The notes under the pieces are model-generated. The model was not told where the DNA came from. It searched no databases and saw only the letters and a program-made list of their open reading frames with translations. Both the position numbers and the translations under genes were made by a program. From Dyella sp. (GTDB lineage: Bacteria; Pseudomonadota; Gammaproteobacteria; Xanthomonadales; Rhodanobacteraceae), in NCBI RefSeq assembly GCF_035503745.1, contig NZ_DATJTC010000002.1, positions 14,736 through 78,735 of the forward strand: a stretch of 64,000 nt of DNA, read 5' to 3'. This document shows, in pieces, positions 11,101 to 18,209 of this stretch; within the stretch, counting starts at the first letter, position 1; each line of letters opens with the position of its first letter.

Positions 11101-12614
11101 CGCCGCCCAGCGGCAGCGCCGGCACGGCGGTGAGCGCGGTCACCTACCAGCCCTTTGGCCCGGTCAGCGGCTACACCCTGGGCAACGGCCAGCAGATCGC
11201 CCGCACCTACGACGCCAACTACCGGCTGACGGACCTCACCAGCCCCGCGTTCACCCTGCACGTGGCACGCGATGCGATGGGCGACATCACGGCCATCGGC
11301 AACAGCCCCGGCGCCAGCCCGGCGACGGAGACCTATAGCTACGACCCGCTATACCGCCTCACGGCGGTGACGGAGGCCAACGGCACGACGCTGGAAAGCG
11401 TCACCTACAACCAAACGGGTGATCGCCTGACCAAGACCGGCAGCGGCCTCGCTACCGGCACCTACAGCTACACCCCGAACACGCATCAACTCATTGCCAC
11501 GGGCAACGCCACACGAACGGTCGATGCGGACGGCAACACCACGGCGATCAGCGAAGCCGGCAGCACGTATGGCTTTGGGTACAACGACCGCAACCGCATG
11601 AGCACCGCGCAACTGGGTGGGAGCACGGTTGCCAACTACACCTACAACGCGCTGAACCAGCGCATCCAGAAGGTTGCCGGCAGCAACGCCGAGCGTTACG
11701 ACTACAACGAAGGCAGTGGGATACTTGCCGAATACGGTGCTACCAACCGGGACTATATCTGGATGGATGGCATTCCGGTGGCCAACGTGGACACGGCCAA
11801 TGGCACAAGCACGATCGCTTACGTCACCGCCGACCAGTTAGGCACGCCACGCGCCATTGCAGACAGTTCCGGAAACACCGAGTGGCAGAATGCCTACCAG
11901 GGTAATCCGTGGAACGAAGTAGCGCCGACGAGTAGCGGTTATGTCTATAACCTTGGGTTCCCAGGGCAGTATTTCGACGCCGAAACGGGGCTCAGTTACA
12001 ACGTCAATCGTGATTACGACTCAAGCACTGGGCGGTACGTGCAAAGTGATCCGTTTGGTCTGAATGGTGGTCTAAGTACGTACGCATATGCCATCAGTGA
12101 CCCACTGAGTACATTTGACTCTCTCGGTCTCCGCCCATTGACCGCCGGTGAAGTTGCGATGCTTACTCCGATTTTCAACAATACAGTAAATTTTTCGCAG
12201 GTCGATATCGAATCGGGCACAGATGGTGATTTTCGCGCAGCCATACCACTGGCTAACGGTGATGCCGTAACGATAAACAACACGATTCACTTTCCATCAT
12301 CGCAGTACCTGCCGGACTTCTCACAGGGTGACTTGAGTGATCAGGCGTGGCTTGCACACGAAGTGACACACATTTTTCAGCACCAAAATGAACCGGGCTA
12401 CACATACGGAAAAGCCATGAGAGAAACGTGGAAGTATGGCAAGCATGTCTACGACTACTCGCTGACAGAACACAAATGCTTCACTGATTACCGATACGAG
12501 CAGCAAGCTGCGATAGTCCATGACTACTTCGTTGCCTTGCATCAAGGAACTCCTGATCTGAGCGGATTTGAAAATTTGCTTGGTCCTATGGGCCTTGGCA
12601 TGAACCACAATTAA
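8148..12614 (+). CDS. rhs: Rhs/YD-repeat polymorphic toxin with N-terminal signal peptide, DUF6531-like domain and C-terminal HEXXH metallopeptidase
   Basis: Signal peptide MTRIFGLILGALLAVSCSAISINAHA; GDPINLGTGN...FERYYNS; many YD repeats; core YNLGFPGQYFDAETGLSYNVNRDYD...DPFGL...DSLGL; C-terminal AHEVTH and YEQQA. Confidence 0.93.
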   Translation: MTRIFGLILGALLAVSCSAISINAHAADQSGTYETQGEAYAACNGFVAWLNSHGPLSPPYYYTCEDVVRGSSPPSPPCLGKPFEGVNYSYAYTVYSEPNHDDGGWAGWYFWCAPTFSPSKNNGCSCSVAGDPINLGTGNEYEDQKDYSSSDSLRFERYYNSSNSITPTNIGAQWLDNYDRSIQYQTSTTPVATVFRPDGKEFAFQKVNGVWAADPDVSDTLTESDNALGQVQSWTYFDAQTQQYENYNAGGALTSIVDLSGQVTTLTYSDGTTPTTIAPMAGLLITVTAPSGRQLQFVYNASSQITQITLPDGGTLAYAYDTSGNLTQVTYPDGRTRVYKYDESGNAPSGSPNLLTGIIDEAGQRYVDIHYDSQGRAMSSQIGGIANLTQVAYNSDGTSAVTYPSGVQTTIGFATPYGRAQIASVSQPCGPGCDQTAAARTYDANGNPASATDFNGNVTTTTYDVNGLLDQQIDASGSPAQRTTNFTWNTTLRVPLTRTVLDANGNTVSNTQWVYNATGQTLARCDIDPANSADSGYSCSNTGAVPAGVRRRTYTYCTAVGSNCPLVGLMLTATGPRTDLTQTTSYSYYTSSSTTGCGTPGAACYQPGDLYQVTDALGHVTTIASYDADGRITRLTDANGVNTDLTYTPRGWLASRTVGGATTRFTYTAYGAVQTVTDPDGVTTTYGYDAAHRLTTITDALGNTIQYTLDAAGDKTAEQVYDSSGTLHQSLTRTFNTLGQLTSVVDGLSHTVFNASATGSYDANGNLIQSSDGLGIARQLGYDALNRLVQTLDNYNGSDPATKNTTTQYSYDSLDRLTQVTDPSNLATTYSYDGLSDATGQVSPDTGTTSRTFDAAGNVLTRTDAKGITASNTYDALDRLVSTRYPDSTQNVTYSYDDPNGTTGCSTSDPVGRLTRIIESAVTTVYCYDARGNVIQKQQITSAGTDTTGYALTNAGRLSGIVYPDSTLVSYSRDGDGRITGISVTPPSGSAGTAVSAVTYQPFGPVSGYTLGNGQQIARTYDANYRLTDLTSPAFTLHVARDAMGDITAIGNSPGASPATETYSYDPLYRLTAVTEANGTTLESVTYNQTGDRLTKTGSGLATGTYSYTPNTHQLIATGNATRTVDADGNTTAISEAGSTYGFGYNDRNRMSTAQLGGSTVANYTYNALNQRIQKVAGSNAERYDYNEGSGILAEYGATNRDYIWMDGIPVANVDTANGTSTIAYVTADQLGTPRAIADSSGNTEWQNAYQGNPWNEVAPTSSGYVYNLGFPGQYFDAETGLSYNVNRDYDSSTGRYVQSDPFGLNGGLSTYAYAISDPLSTFDSLGLRPLTAGEVAMLTPIFNNTVNFSQVDIESGTDGDFRAAIPLANGDAVTINNTIHFPSSQYLPDFSQGDLSDQAWLAHEVTHIFQHQNEPGYTYGKAMRETWKYGKHVYDYSLTEHKCFTDYRYEQQAAIVHDYFVALHQGTPDLSGFENLLGPMGLGMNHN

Positions 12615-12628
12615 GAGAGGGACGATTG

Positions 12629-13027
12629 ATGAAGTTCATTTCAAAGGTCTGCGTTGCCCTGTTATTTGTCGTCTTACTTTGCGGGCTCTCATCTCGATTC
12701 GCTATCGTGGTATCTCAGTCACAAGGTCAAGCACCCTCTTTTGTAATCAAAAGGACAAGCCATGGCCTACTTGGTGAAAGCGTTGAAATCAACTCGTTCT
12801 CCGTAGTCAAGAAGAATGACGCCGGGCAGTGGGACTATAAGCATCCCGTCTGGGCATTCGATCTTCCTCCTGGCACGGGAAAAGAGTTGTCAAAAGTCAA
12901 TTATGGCCAAGTCCCTGCGGGTTTCATTGAAAGAACAAAGGCATTAAAGCTAACTAGTGGTATTACATATTTGGTGCTTGGTTTTGGTCTTGGATCTGAT
13001 GGTTCTGTCCAATTCGTTGCCAAATGA
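12629..13027 (+). CDS. candidate cognate immunity protein, exported
   Basis: 14 bp after the Rhs stop, GAGG RBS, N-terminal hydrophobic stretch, low GC. Confidence 0.7.
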   Translation: MKFISKVCVALLFVVLLCGLSSRFAIVVSQSQGQAPSFVIKRTSHGLLGESVEINSFSVVKKNDAGQWDYKHPVWAFDLPPGTGKELSKVNYGQVPAGFIERTKALKLTSGITYLVLGFGLGSDGSVQFVAK

Positions 13028-13045
13028 TCGCGCCACAGGGTGCTG

Positions 13046-13074
13046 AAAAAAAAGCGCCATACGGGCGCTTTTTT
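13046..13074. terminator. bidirectional Rho-independent terminator
   Basis: A-tract AAGCGCC-ATACG-GGCGCTT T-tract. Confidence 0.75.
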
Positions 13075-13131
13075 GTTTTGGAACATCCGATTCCCGGGGG
13101 CAATACTTCGATGCAGACGTAAGCTCCCCCG

Positions 13132-13431
13132 TCAAGCGGACATTTCAGAAGTAGAACTTTTGGCGTAGTGATCGCGATATTCGGCCGGCGTCATAGCGCC
13201 GAGTGCATCATGGGGACGTTGCTCGTTGTAGTCGATGAGGAACTGCCACGTGGCCTCGCGCACGTCGTCGAGACGGGTGAAAAGGTATTGATCGAGCACC
13301 TCTTCACGATAGGTGCGGTTGAAGCGTTCGATGTAAGCGTTCTGGTTCGGCTTTCCCGGCTGGGTGTACCGGATGGCCATGCCATGCGCCTTGGCCCATT
13401 GCGTGAACACTTCGCCAAGGAACTCCGGCCC
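13132..13431 (-). pseudogene. IS3 orfB 3' part (GPEF...GKPNQNAYIERFNRTYREE)
   Basis: Integrase-core C-terminal motifs; separated from the 5' part by IS110. Confidence 0.9.
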
Positions 13432-13523
13432 ATAGTACATCTGGAAGTATGGTTAGCAGATGGGCAGTCACCGTCATTGAGATCATCCTGAGGGTTCTCA
13501 CACGCCTTAGGAGTTCAACGACG

Positions 13524-14801
13524 ATGACTGCCCCTACTGATGCTACGCCCGTTGCCACCTGGGTGGCGATTGATATCGCCAAACGCCACCATGCGGTGTT
13601 GATCGAAGTGCCGGATGAGAAGCGCCGACGTTTTAGGATGGCTAGTTCATCTGAAGATCACCAAGCATTGGTCGCATTGCTCCACTCATTACCTCAGCCC
13701 ATCCGGGTCGCCATGGAGCCGACTGGTGACTGTCACCGCACTTTGGCCTATCGGCTGGTTGATGAAGGTTTTGACGTTTTCCTCGTTTCATCGATTGCCG
13801 GGGCTCGCTATCGAGAGGCCATGTTCAACTCGTGGGACAAGAACGATCCCAAGGACGCAAGCGTGATCATGGCCTTGCTCAAGCAGGGGATGACGATGCG
13901 TTATGTCGATCCACTCGTAGCGGGGCATCATGGCTTGCAGGAGCTGTCCAAAACGTATTACCAGATTAGCCTTGCTCGCACACGGCTGCAGCACAGCCTT
14001 CTAACCCATTACCTTCCACTGTATTTTCCCGAGATGGAGCGCTACTTCAACACGTCTCATGCAGATTGGTTTGTTCGCTTCCTGCTCCGGTTTCCCACTG
14101 CCGCTTCGGTTCATCGACTCGACCGCGAAACCTTCCGGCAACAAGCCTGGGAACTGGTGGGAAGAAAGGTGAATAAGACAACGTGGCTAAGCGAATTGTA
14201 CGATTGTGCAGGCCACAGTATCGGTTTACCCGTTGCTGAGGACTCACTGGCGATCACGACCTTTCGCCTTCAACTTGAGCGATACCAAGTACTGATTGAG
14301 CAGCGCGACGCTTTGTCCGCACAAGCCCATCAACTTTTGAATGGCAACCCCGATTATGACGTCCTGTGTTCTCTCCCAGGCGTGGGACCAGTCATCGCGT
14401 TGACCATCTTGGCTGAGGCCGGCGACATGCGTCGCTTTGCTCATCATCGACAATTTCTCAAGTACTGCGGACTGGACCTGGCCAAGTCTCAATCAGGCGA
14501 ACGCCGCGGTCAGGAGCGCTTGTCCAAACGAGGCAATGCGAGACTCCGTTTTGCCTTTTGGTTTGCGGCCACTATCGCTGTGCGGATGCGTGAAAACAGC
14601 TTCCGAAACAAGTATGAGCGCTATATCCAAAATGACCCGAAAAATGCTGATCGAAAACGTAAGGCGCTCACCGCCGTCGCTGCCAAAATGGCGCGCGTCG
14701 CTTATGGATTAGTCAAGCATCAGACCCTTTACCGCTGTTACTTCGAGACCGCTTTACCCCGTGGATCGATCCCGCTCAGTAGGGCCGTTGGGACCGCTTA
14801 G
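13524..14801 (+). CDS. IS110 family transposase/recombinase (425 aa)
   Basis: AGGAG RBS; DEDD RuvC-like motifs AIDIAK, MEPTG, KNDPKDA; C-terminal LPGVGP...SQSG...SKRGNARLR. Confidence 0.95.
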   Translation: MTAPTDATPVATWVAIDIAKRHHAVLIEVPDEKRRRFRMASSSEDHQALVALLHSLPQPIRVAMEPTGDCHRTLAYRLVDEGFDVFLVSSIAGARYREAMFNSWDKNDPKDASVIMALLKQGMTMRYVDPLVAGHHGLQELSKTYYQISLARTRLQHSLLTHYLPLYFPEMERYFNTSHADWFVRFLLRFPTAASVHRLDRETFRQQAWELVGRKVNKTTWLSELYDCAGHSIGLPVAEDSLAITTFRLQLERYQVLIEQRDALSAQAHQLLNGNPDYDVLCSLPGVGPVIALTILAEAGDMRRFAHHRQFLKYCGLDLAKSQSGERRGQERLSKRGNARLRFAFWFAATIAVRMRENSFRNKYERYIQNDPKNADRKRKALTAVAAKMARVAYGLVKHQTLYRCYFETALPRGSIPLSRAVGTA

Positions 14802-15026
14802 GATCCTGTAGATAATGCTCGGACCTTCCACGGGTTCTCCATGCTGTTTTAGGCACGTTCGAGGCCGCTTCGGACCTCGTGTTCACTATGGTTAGATTAG
14901 GAGACCTTGACGACGTGGAAGCCCATGGGACATCGCGGATGAAGGTTGCGGTAGTTGTCCAACAGACGCTAAAAGCGGCTGCGCATTGCTGTAACCTGAT
15001 TACGTACTTGACTCCAGAGTTAGCAC
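14802..15026 (+). ncRNA. putative bridge/seek RNA in the IS110 downstream non-coding end
   Basis: 225-bp non-coding end; nested stems enclosing an internal loop with segments matching the element's donor junction. Confidence 0.55.
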
Positions 15027-15587
15027 GTTGTCCGTTCGTAGCACTTGAGGCAACGCACGCTCCTGGGCGATACGCTCGAAGATGCGCACCAAGCGTGCCG
15101 ACGTGATCGAGGTATCGATCTCGATATGCACAGCCTCGCGATTAAAGTCATCGACGATGTTGAAGGTACGCAATGGGCGCCCGCAGATCAGGGCATCCAG
15201 CATAAAGTCGGCCGACCACACCATGTCCGGGCGCTCCGGCACGTACAAGGGCACACGTTCACGCTTGGGCAAGCGCCGCGTCGCGGCCCGGCGCAGGTTG
15301 AGTTTCATGTCACAGTACACCCGGTAAATACGCTTGTGGTTCCATTGCGGATGGGTTCTTTCAAGGATCTGGCAACACTTGTCGAAGCCGCGGCTAGGCT
15401 TGGCCTCGATCAACTTGGACAATGCCGCGATAACCTCAGCGTCCCGCACCGTCCAATCCAATGGCGGCGCGTACCACGCCGCGCGGGACAGGCCGACGCA
15501 GTCGCAGGACCGGCGCAAGGGGCGTGCATGCACCTCAACGAGAAAACGCACCGCCTCGCGCTTCTGCGCCGGCCCTACAATTTTTTT
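15027..15587 (-). pseudogene. IS3 orfB 5' part
   Basis: HTH_21-like region, WNHKRIYRVY, WSADF, RTFNIVDDFNRE, QVLRTDN; begins at the A7 slippery site 15581-15587. Confidence 0.9.
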
Positions 15588-15841
15588 GCGATCAGGTCCT
15601 TCATCGCCGCATTGTCCAGCGCCAGCTCGGCATACATTCGCTTGAGCTTGGCGTTCTCCGCTTCCAGCTCCTTGACCCGTTTCAGGTCCGAAGCGTCCAT
15701 GCCCCCGTACTTCGATTTCCACTGGTAGTACGTCGCCGAGCTGATCCCCGCCTGCCGGCACAAATCCTTTACCGGTACACCGGCATCACCCTGCTTGAGA
15801 ATCGAGACGATCTGCGCCTCGCTGAATTTGGATTTCTTCAT
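15575..15841 (-). CDS. IS3 orfA
   Basis: MKKSKFSEAQIVSILKQ...GISSATYYQWKSKYGGM...LKRMYAE; GGAGG RBS. Confidence 0.93.
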   Translation of the reverse strand: MKKSKFSEAQIVSILKQGDAGVPVKDLCRQAGISSATYYQWKSKYGGMDASDLKRVKELEAENAKLKRMYAELALDNAAMKDLIAKKL

Positions 15842-16030
15842 GGAACCTCCTAGCGGAAAAGATGCCAGAAAGTTCTACTTGCTGTGTGTCCAGGAACTGG
15901 GGGAGCTTACGCAGAGACCGGGCTCGAATACAACGGCGCACGCTATTACGACTCGGCGTCGGGACGCTTCCCGCAAGCCGACCCGATGCACATCAAACTG
16001 CTGGGCCAGTTCGGCCGGCGACAGTGATCC

Positions 16031-16187
16031 GCATTCCTATGACCGGTCAATAAATAATCCGGCCGCCAACCTTGCTCAGTTCTAAGCTAGGTATAAGAAC
16101 GGTAATTATGAAGCACAAGCACAGATGTGGCAGAGCTATGTGTATTCGAAGCTAACGGAGTGGAGATGTAAACCAAGCCACGTTTAA
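16031..16187 (+). pseudogene. degenerate C-terminal toxin remnant resembling the Rhs metallopeptidase tail
   Basis: PHSYDRSINNPAANLAQF*ARYKNGNYEAQAQMWQSYVY resembles VYDYSL...YRYEQQAAIVHDYF; in-frame stop at 16083. Confidence 0.45.
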
Positions 16188-16212
16188 TCGAAGGTTCATG
16201 CGAGTGCAAACA

Positions 16213-16569
16213 ATGAACATTGTGAAGAATTTTCTGATATCCGGTGTCGTGATTTTTTCTGCATGTGTCGCACCTGGAGATGGCGTCAAGGCAAAGAGCG
16301 GCTATGCAGCCGCTGCACCTGTGATTAAAGCACTTGACGCGTATCATCAGGTCAATGATGCCTATCCCTCTTCGTTGAATCAGCTAGTTCCAAAGTTCAT
16401 TGCCGGCGATAGGTTGGTAGCTACCACGCCAGATAGAAAAGTAACGCCGTTTAAGTATCGACAAGTCGATAACGGTTATGAGCTATCGTTTTCTTATACG
16501 GGTCCCGGTACGAACCAATGTGTGTACAGGGAAAGTGCCAAAGCGTGGAAATGCTACGGCGCTTACTAG
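16213..16569 (+). CDS. lipoprotein with GspG/pilin-like helix; orphan immunity candidate
   Basis: Lipobox-like IFSAC; IKALDAYHQVNDAYPSSLNQLV; C-terminal Cys pair; low GC. Confidence 0.65.
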   Translation: MNIVKNFLISGVVIFSACVAPGDGVKAKSGYAAAAPVIKALDAYHQVNDAYPSSLNQLVPKFIAGDRLVATTPDRKVTPFKYRQVDNGYELSFSYTGPGTNQCVYRESAKAWKCYGAY

Positions 16570-16816
16570 GACTGCCCGAACACCATAAGCGGTCGTGCCA
16601 CGGAAAACCGTTGCGATCGGTGCATTACGGTGAGCAGAAATTCATACAGCAACACTCTCTATAAAAACATTGAAAATTTTCTCGGCCGCACGATGACAAC
16701 GACGATTGCCGATAAGGCGCAAGATCGCTCATCCCTGGGTCTTGGCTGTTGCCCTTTGATCAGCCGCTTGGAACACTCGTGACCTGCTACGGAAAATTGG
16801 TCGTACCACCAGGAAA

Positions 16817-17173
16817 ATGGCGCATATGTCACCGACATTGAGGGGTGGGCTGATATCCATTTTCCTGACCGCTGTCGCGTTCGTCGCGGCAGTTCAATGT
16901 GCTTACACTTTTGGTCAGCTCTATCACGTCGCGATCATGGCGTATAAAACAGGAGAAGTGCAGCCGCATCTGGTTAGCTTCGGCCGACTTGGCGTTTATT
17001 CATATTTTTCATTGGCAACCATTATCGCGGTCACAATGCTTTTATTCATAAAGTCTAAAGGAGGCGTTAGGCGTGCAAAGGTCGCCAGCGCGTTCTTAAT
17101 AATCTCTCTCGTCAGTGCCGCTGTCTTCGCGGTGCTGGTCCTACTCCCGGTCTCTGATGTGGTCATTAGGTAG
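16817..17173 (+). CDS. small membrane protein (about 3 TM); orphan immunity candidate
   Basis: AGGA RBS; three hydrophobic segments; low GC; co-oriented in the Rhs tail. Confidence 0.6.
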   Translation: MAHMSPTLRGGLISIFLTAVAFVAAVQCAYTFGQLYHVAIMAYKTGEVQPHLVSFGRLGVYSYFSLATIIAVTMLLFIKSKGGVRRAKVASAFLIISLVSAAVFAVLVLLPVSDVVIR

Positions 17174-17408
17174 CCGCAAAGCGCTCCTACACCGTTCGGT
17201 TTTCGCGACAAGAACAACGAGAACAAAGGAGTCAGAACCTGAGGTTTCCCAGCGTTTCATGCTGTCGCTGTCATCTGGTCTGGTCCCTTTGTTAAATGTG
17301 ACTGTCGGGATGTCTGTTCCCCTGCAAGGAGAGTCCCATTCTCGAACGCAAGTGCAGCTCGCAATAAACACGTGGCTTATCCCCATAACTCAATTTCGAG
17401 AAGAGGTT

Positions 17409-17600
17409 ATGATCAAAAATAAGATAGCGGAGAGTGAAATTAGCGCTCTGATGCTTGAGATAAATGCAAAACTGAATGAGTCCGTTCGAGGGGTTCAAGA
17501 GACCTGTGACGACGATGATTTCAGAGCCTATCGACGAGCGGTTGGGGAAATTATGGGCGAGATTTTATTTGAGATTGCCAAAAGGGGAGAGTTGCGGTGA
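17409..17600 (+). CDS. small helical protein, probably C-terminally truncated at the island border
   Basis: AGAGG RBS; MIKNKIAESEISALMLEINAKLNESV...FRAYRRAVGEIMGEILFE, then runs into the tag RBS. Confidence 0.55.
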   Translation: MIKNKIAESEISALMLEINAKLNESVRGVQETCDDDDFRAYRRAVGEIMGEILFEIAKRGELR

Positions 17601-18178
17601 CCACACGCATACGTTGTCATTGGGCGGCCGATGGGGAGTTGATGCAGGCGTATCACGACGCCGAATGGGGCGTGCCGCTGCACGACGATCGCATGCTGTT
17701 CGAATTTCTGTGCCTGGAAGGTGCGCAGGCGGGGCTTTCGTGGCGTACGGTGTTGCACAAGCGCGACAATTATCGGGGCGCTTTCCACAATTTCGACATC
17801 GCGCGCGTTGCGGCAATGAAGGATCGCGAGCTGGAAAAGTTGCTGCTCGATCCCGGCCTGATCCGCAACCGCCTGAAGATGACCTCGGCGCGCGGCAATG
17901 CGAAGGCGGCGCTGCAGGTCATCGAGGAGTTCGGCAGTCTCGATGCGTATCTGTGGTCTTTCGTCCAGGGCAAGCCGGTGCAGAACCGCTGGCGCGCGAA
18001 GGGCGAGGTGCCGGCCAGCACGCCGCTGTCCGATCGCATGAGCAAGGATCTGAAAAAGCGCGGCTTCCGCTTTGTCGGCACCACCATCTGCTACGCCTTC
18101 ATGCAGGCCACCGGCATGGTCAACGATCATCTGGTGGATTGCTTCCGGCACAAGGCGTGCGCCGCCAAGCGCGCATAG
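17597..18178 (+). CDS. tag: DNA-3-methyladenine glycosylase I
   Basis: RCHW...YHDAEWG, FEFLCLEGAQAGLSW, VGTTICYAFMQATGMVNDHLVDC. Confidence 0.96.
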   Translation: MTTRIRCHWAADGELMQAYHDAEWGVPLHDDRMLFEFLCLEGAQAGLSWRTVLHKRDNYRGAFHNFDIARVAAMKDRELEKLLLDPGLIRNRLKMTSARGNAKAALQVIEEFGSLDAYLWSFVQGKPVQNRWRAKGEVPASTPLSDRMSKDLKKRGFRFVGTTICYAFMQATGMVNDHLVDCFRHKACAAKRA

Positions 18179-18209
18179 CGGTCACGCTTGCATCGCCAGG
18201 CGGGGCGTT

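Larger units (their letters stand above)
13432..15026 (+). mobile_element. IS110 family element (about 1595 bp)
   Basis: Removing it restores the IS3 codons GAC AAC GGG CCG GAG TTC (DNGPEF); no TSD beyond a 1-bp C ambiguity; TCTGGA sub-terminal inverted motif 8 bp in from each end. Confidence 0.9.
13118..15911 (-). mobile_element. IS3 family (IS407-group-like) insertion sequence, disrupted by IS110
   Basis: Terminal IRs CGTAAGCTCCCCC at both ends; 4-bp TSD CAGA (13114-13117, 15912-15915); orfA/orfB with A7 frameshift motif. Confidence 0.93.
13082..15988 (+). pseudogene. orphan Rhs core-extension fragment interrupted by IS3
   Basis: 13082-13117 reads NIRFPG(+1 G)QYFDA and 15912-15988 continues ETGLEYNGARYYDSASGRFPQADPM once the IS and one TSD copy are removed. 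Confidence 0.85.

Noticed and set aside
9480-11800. CRISPR or tandem repeat array suggested by recurring ACCTACGAC/TACGACGCC
   Set aside because: These are in-frame YD-repeat codons; no constant repeat-spacer period and no cas genes
13449-13523. N-terminal extension of the IS110 transposase in the ORF track
   Set aside because: The AGGAG RBS precedes ATG 13524; the upstream part is the non-coding left end
7157-17600. Prophage, ICE or integrase-mediated island
   Set aside because: No integrase, tRNA, att repeats or phage genes; better explained as an Rhs recombination hotspot
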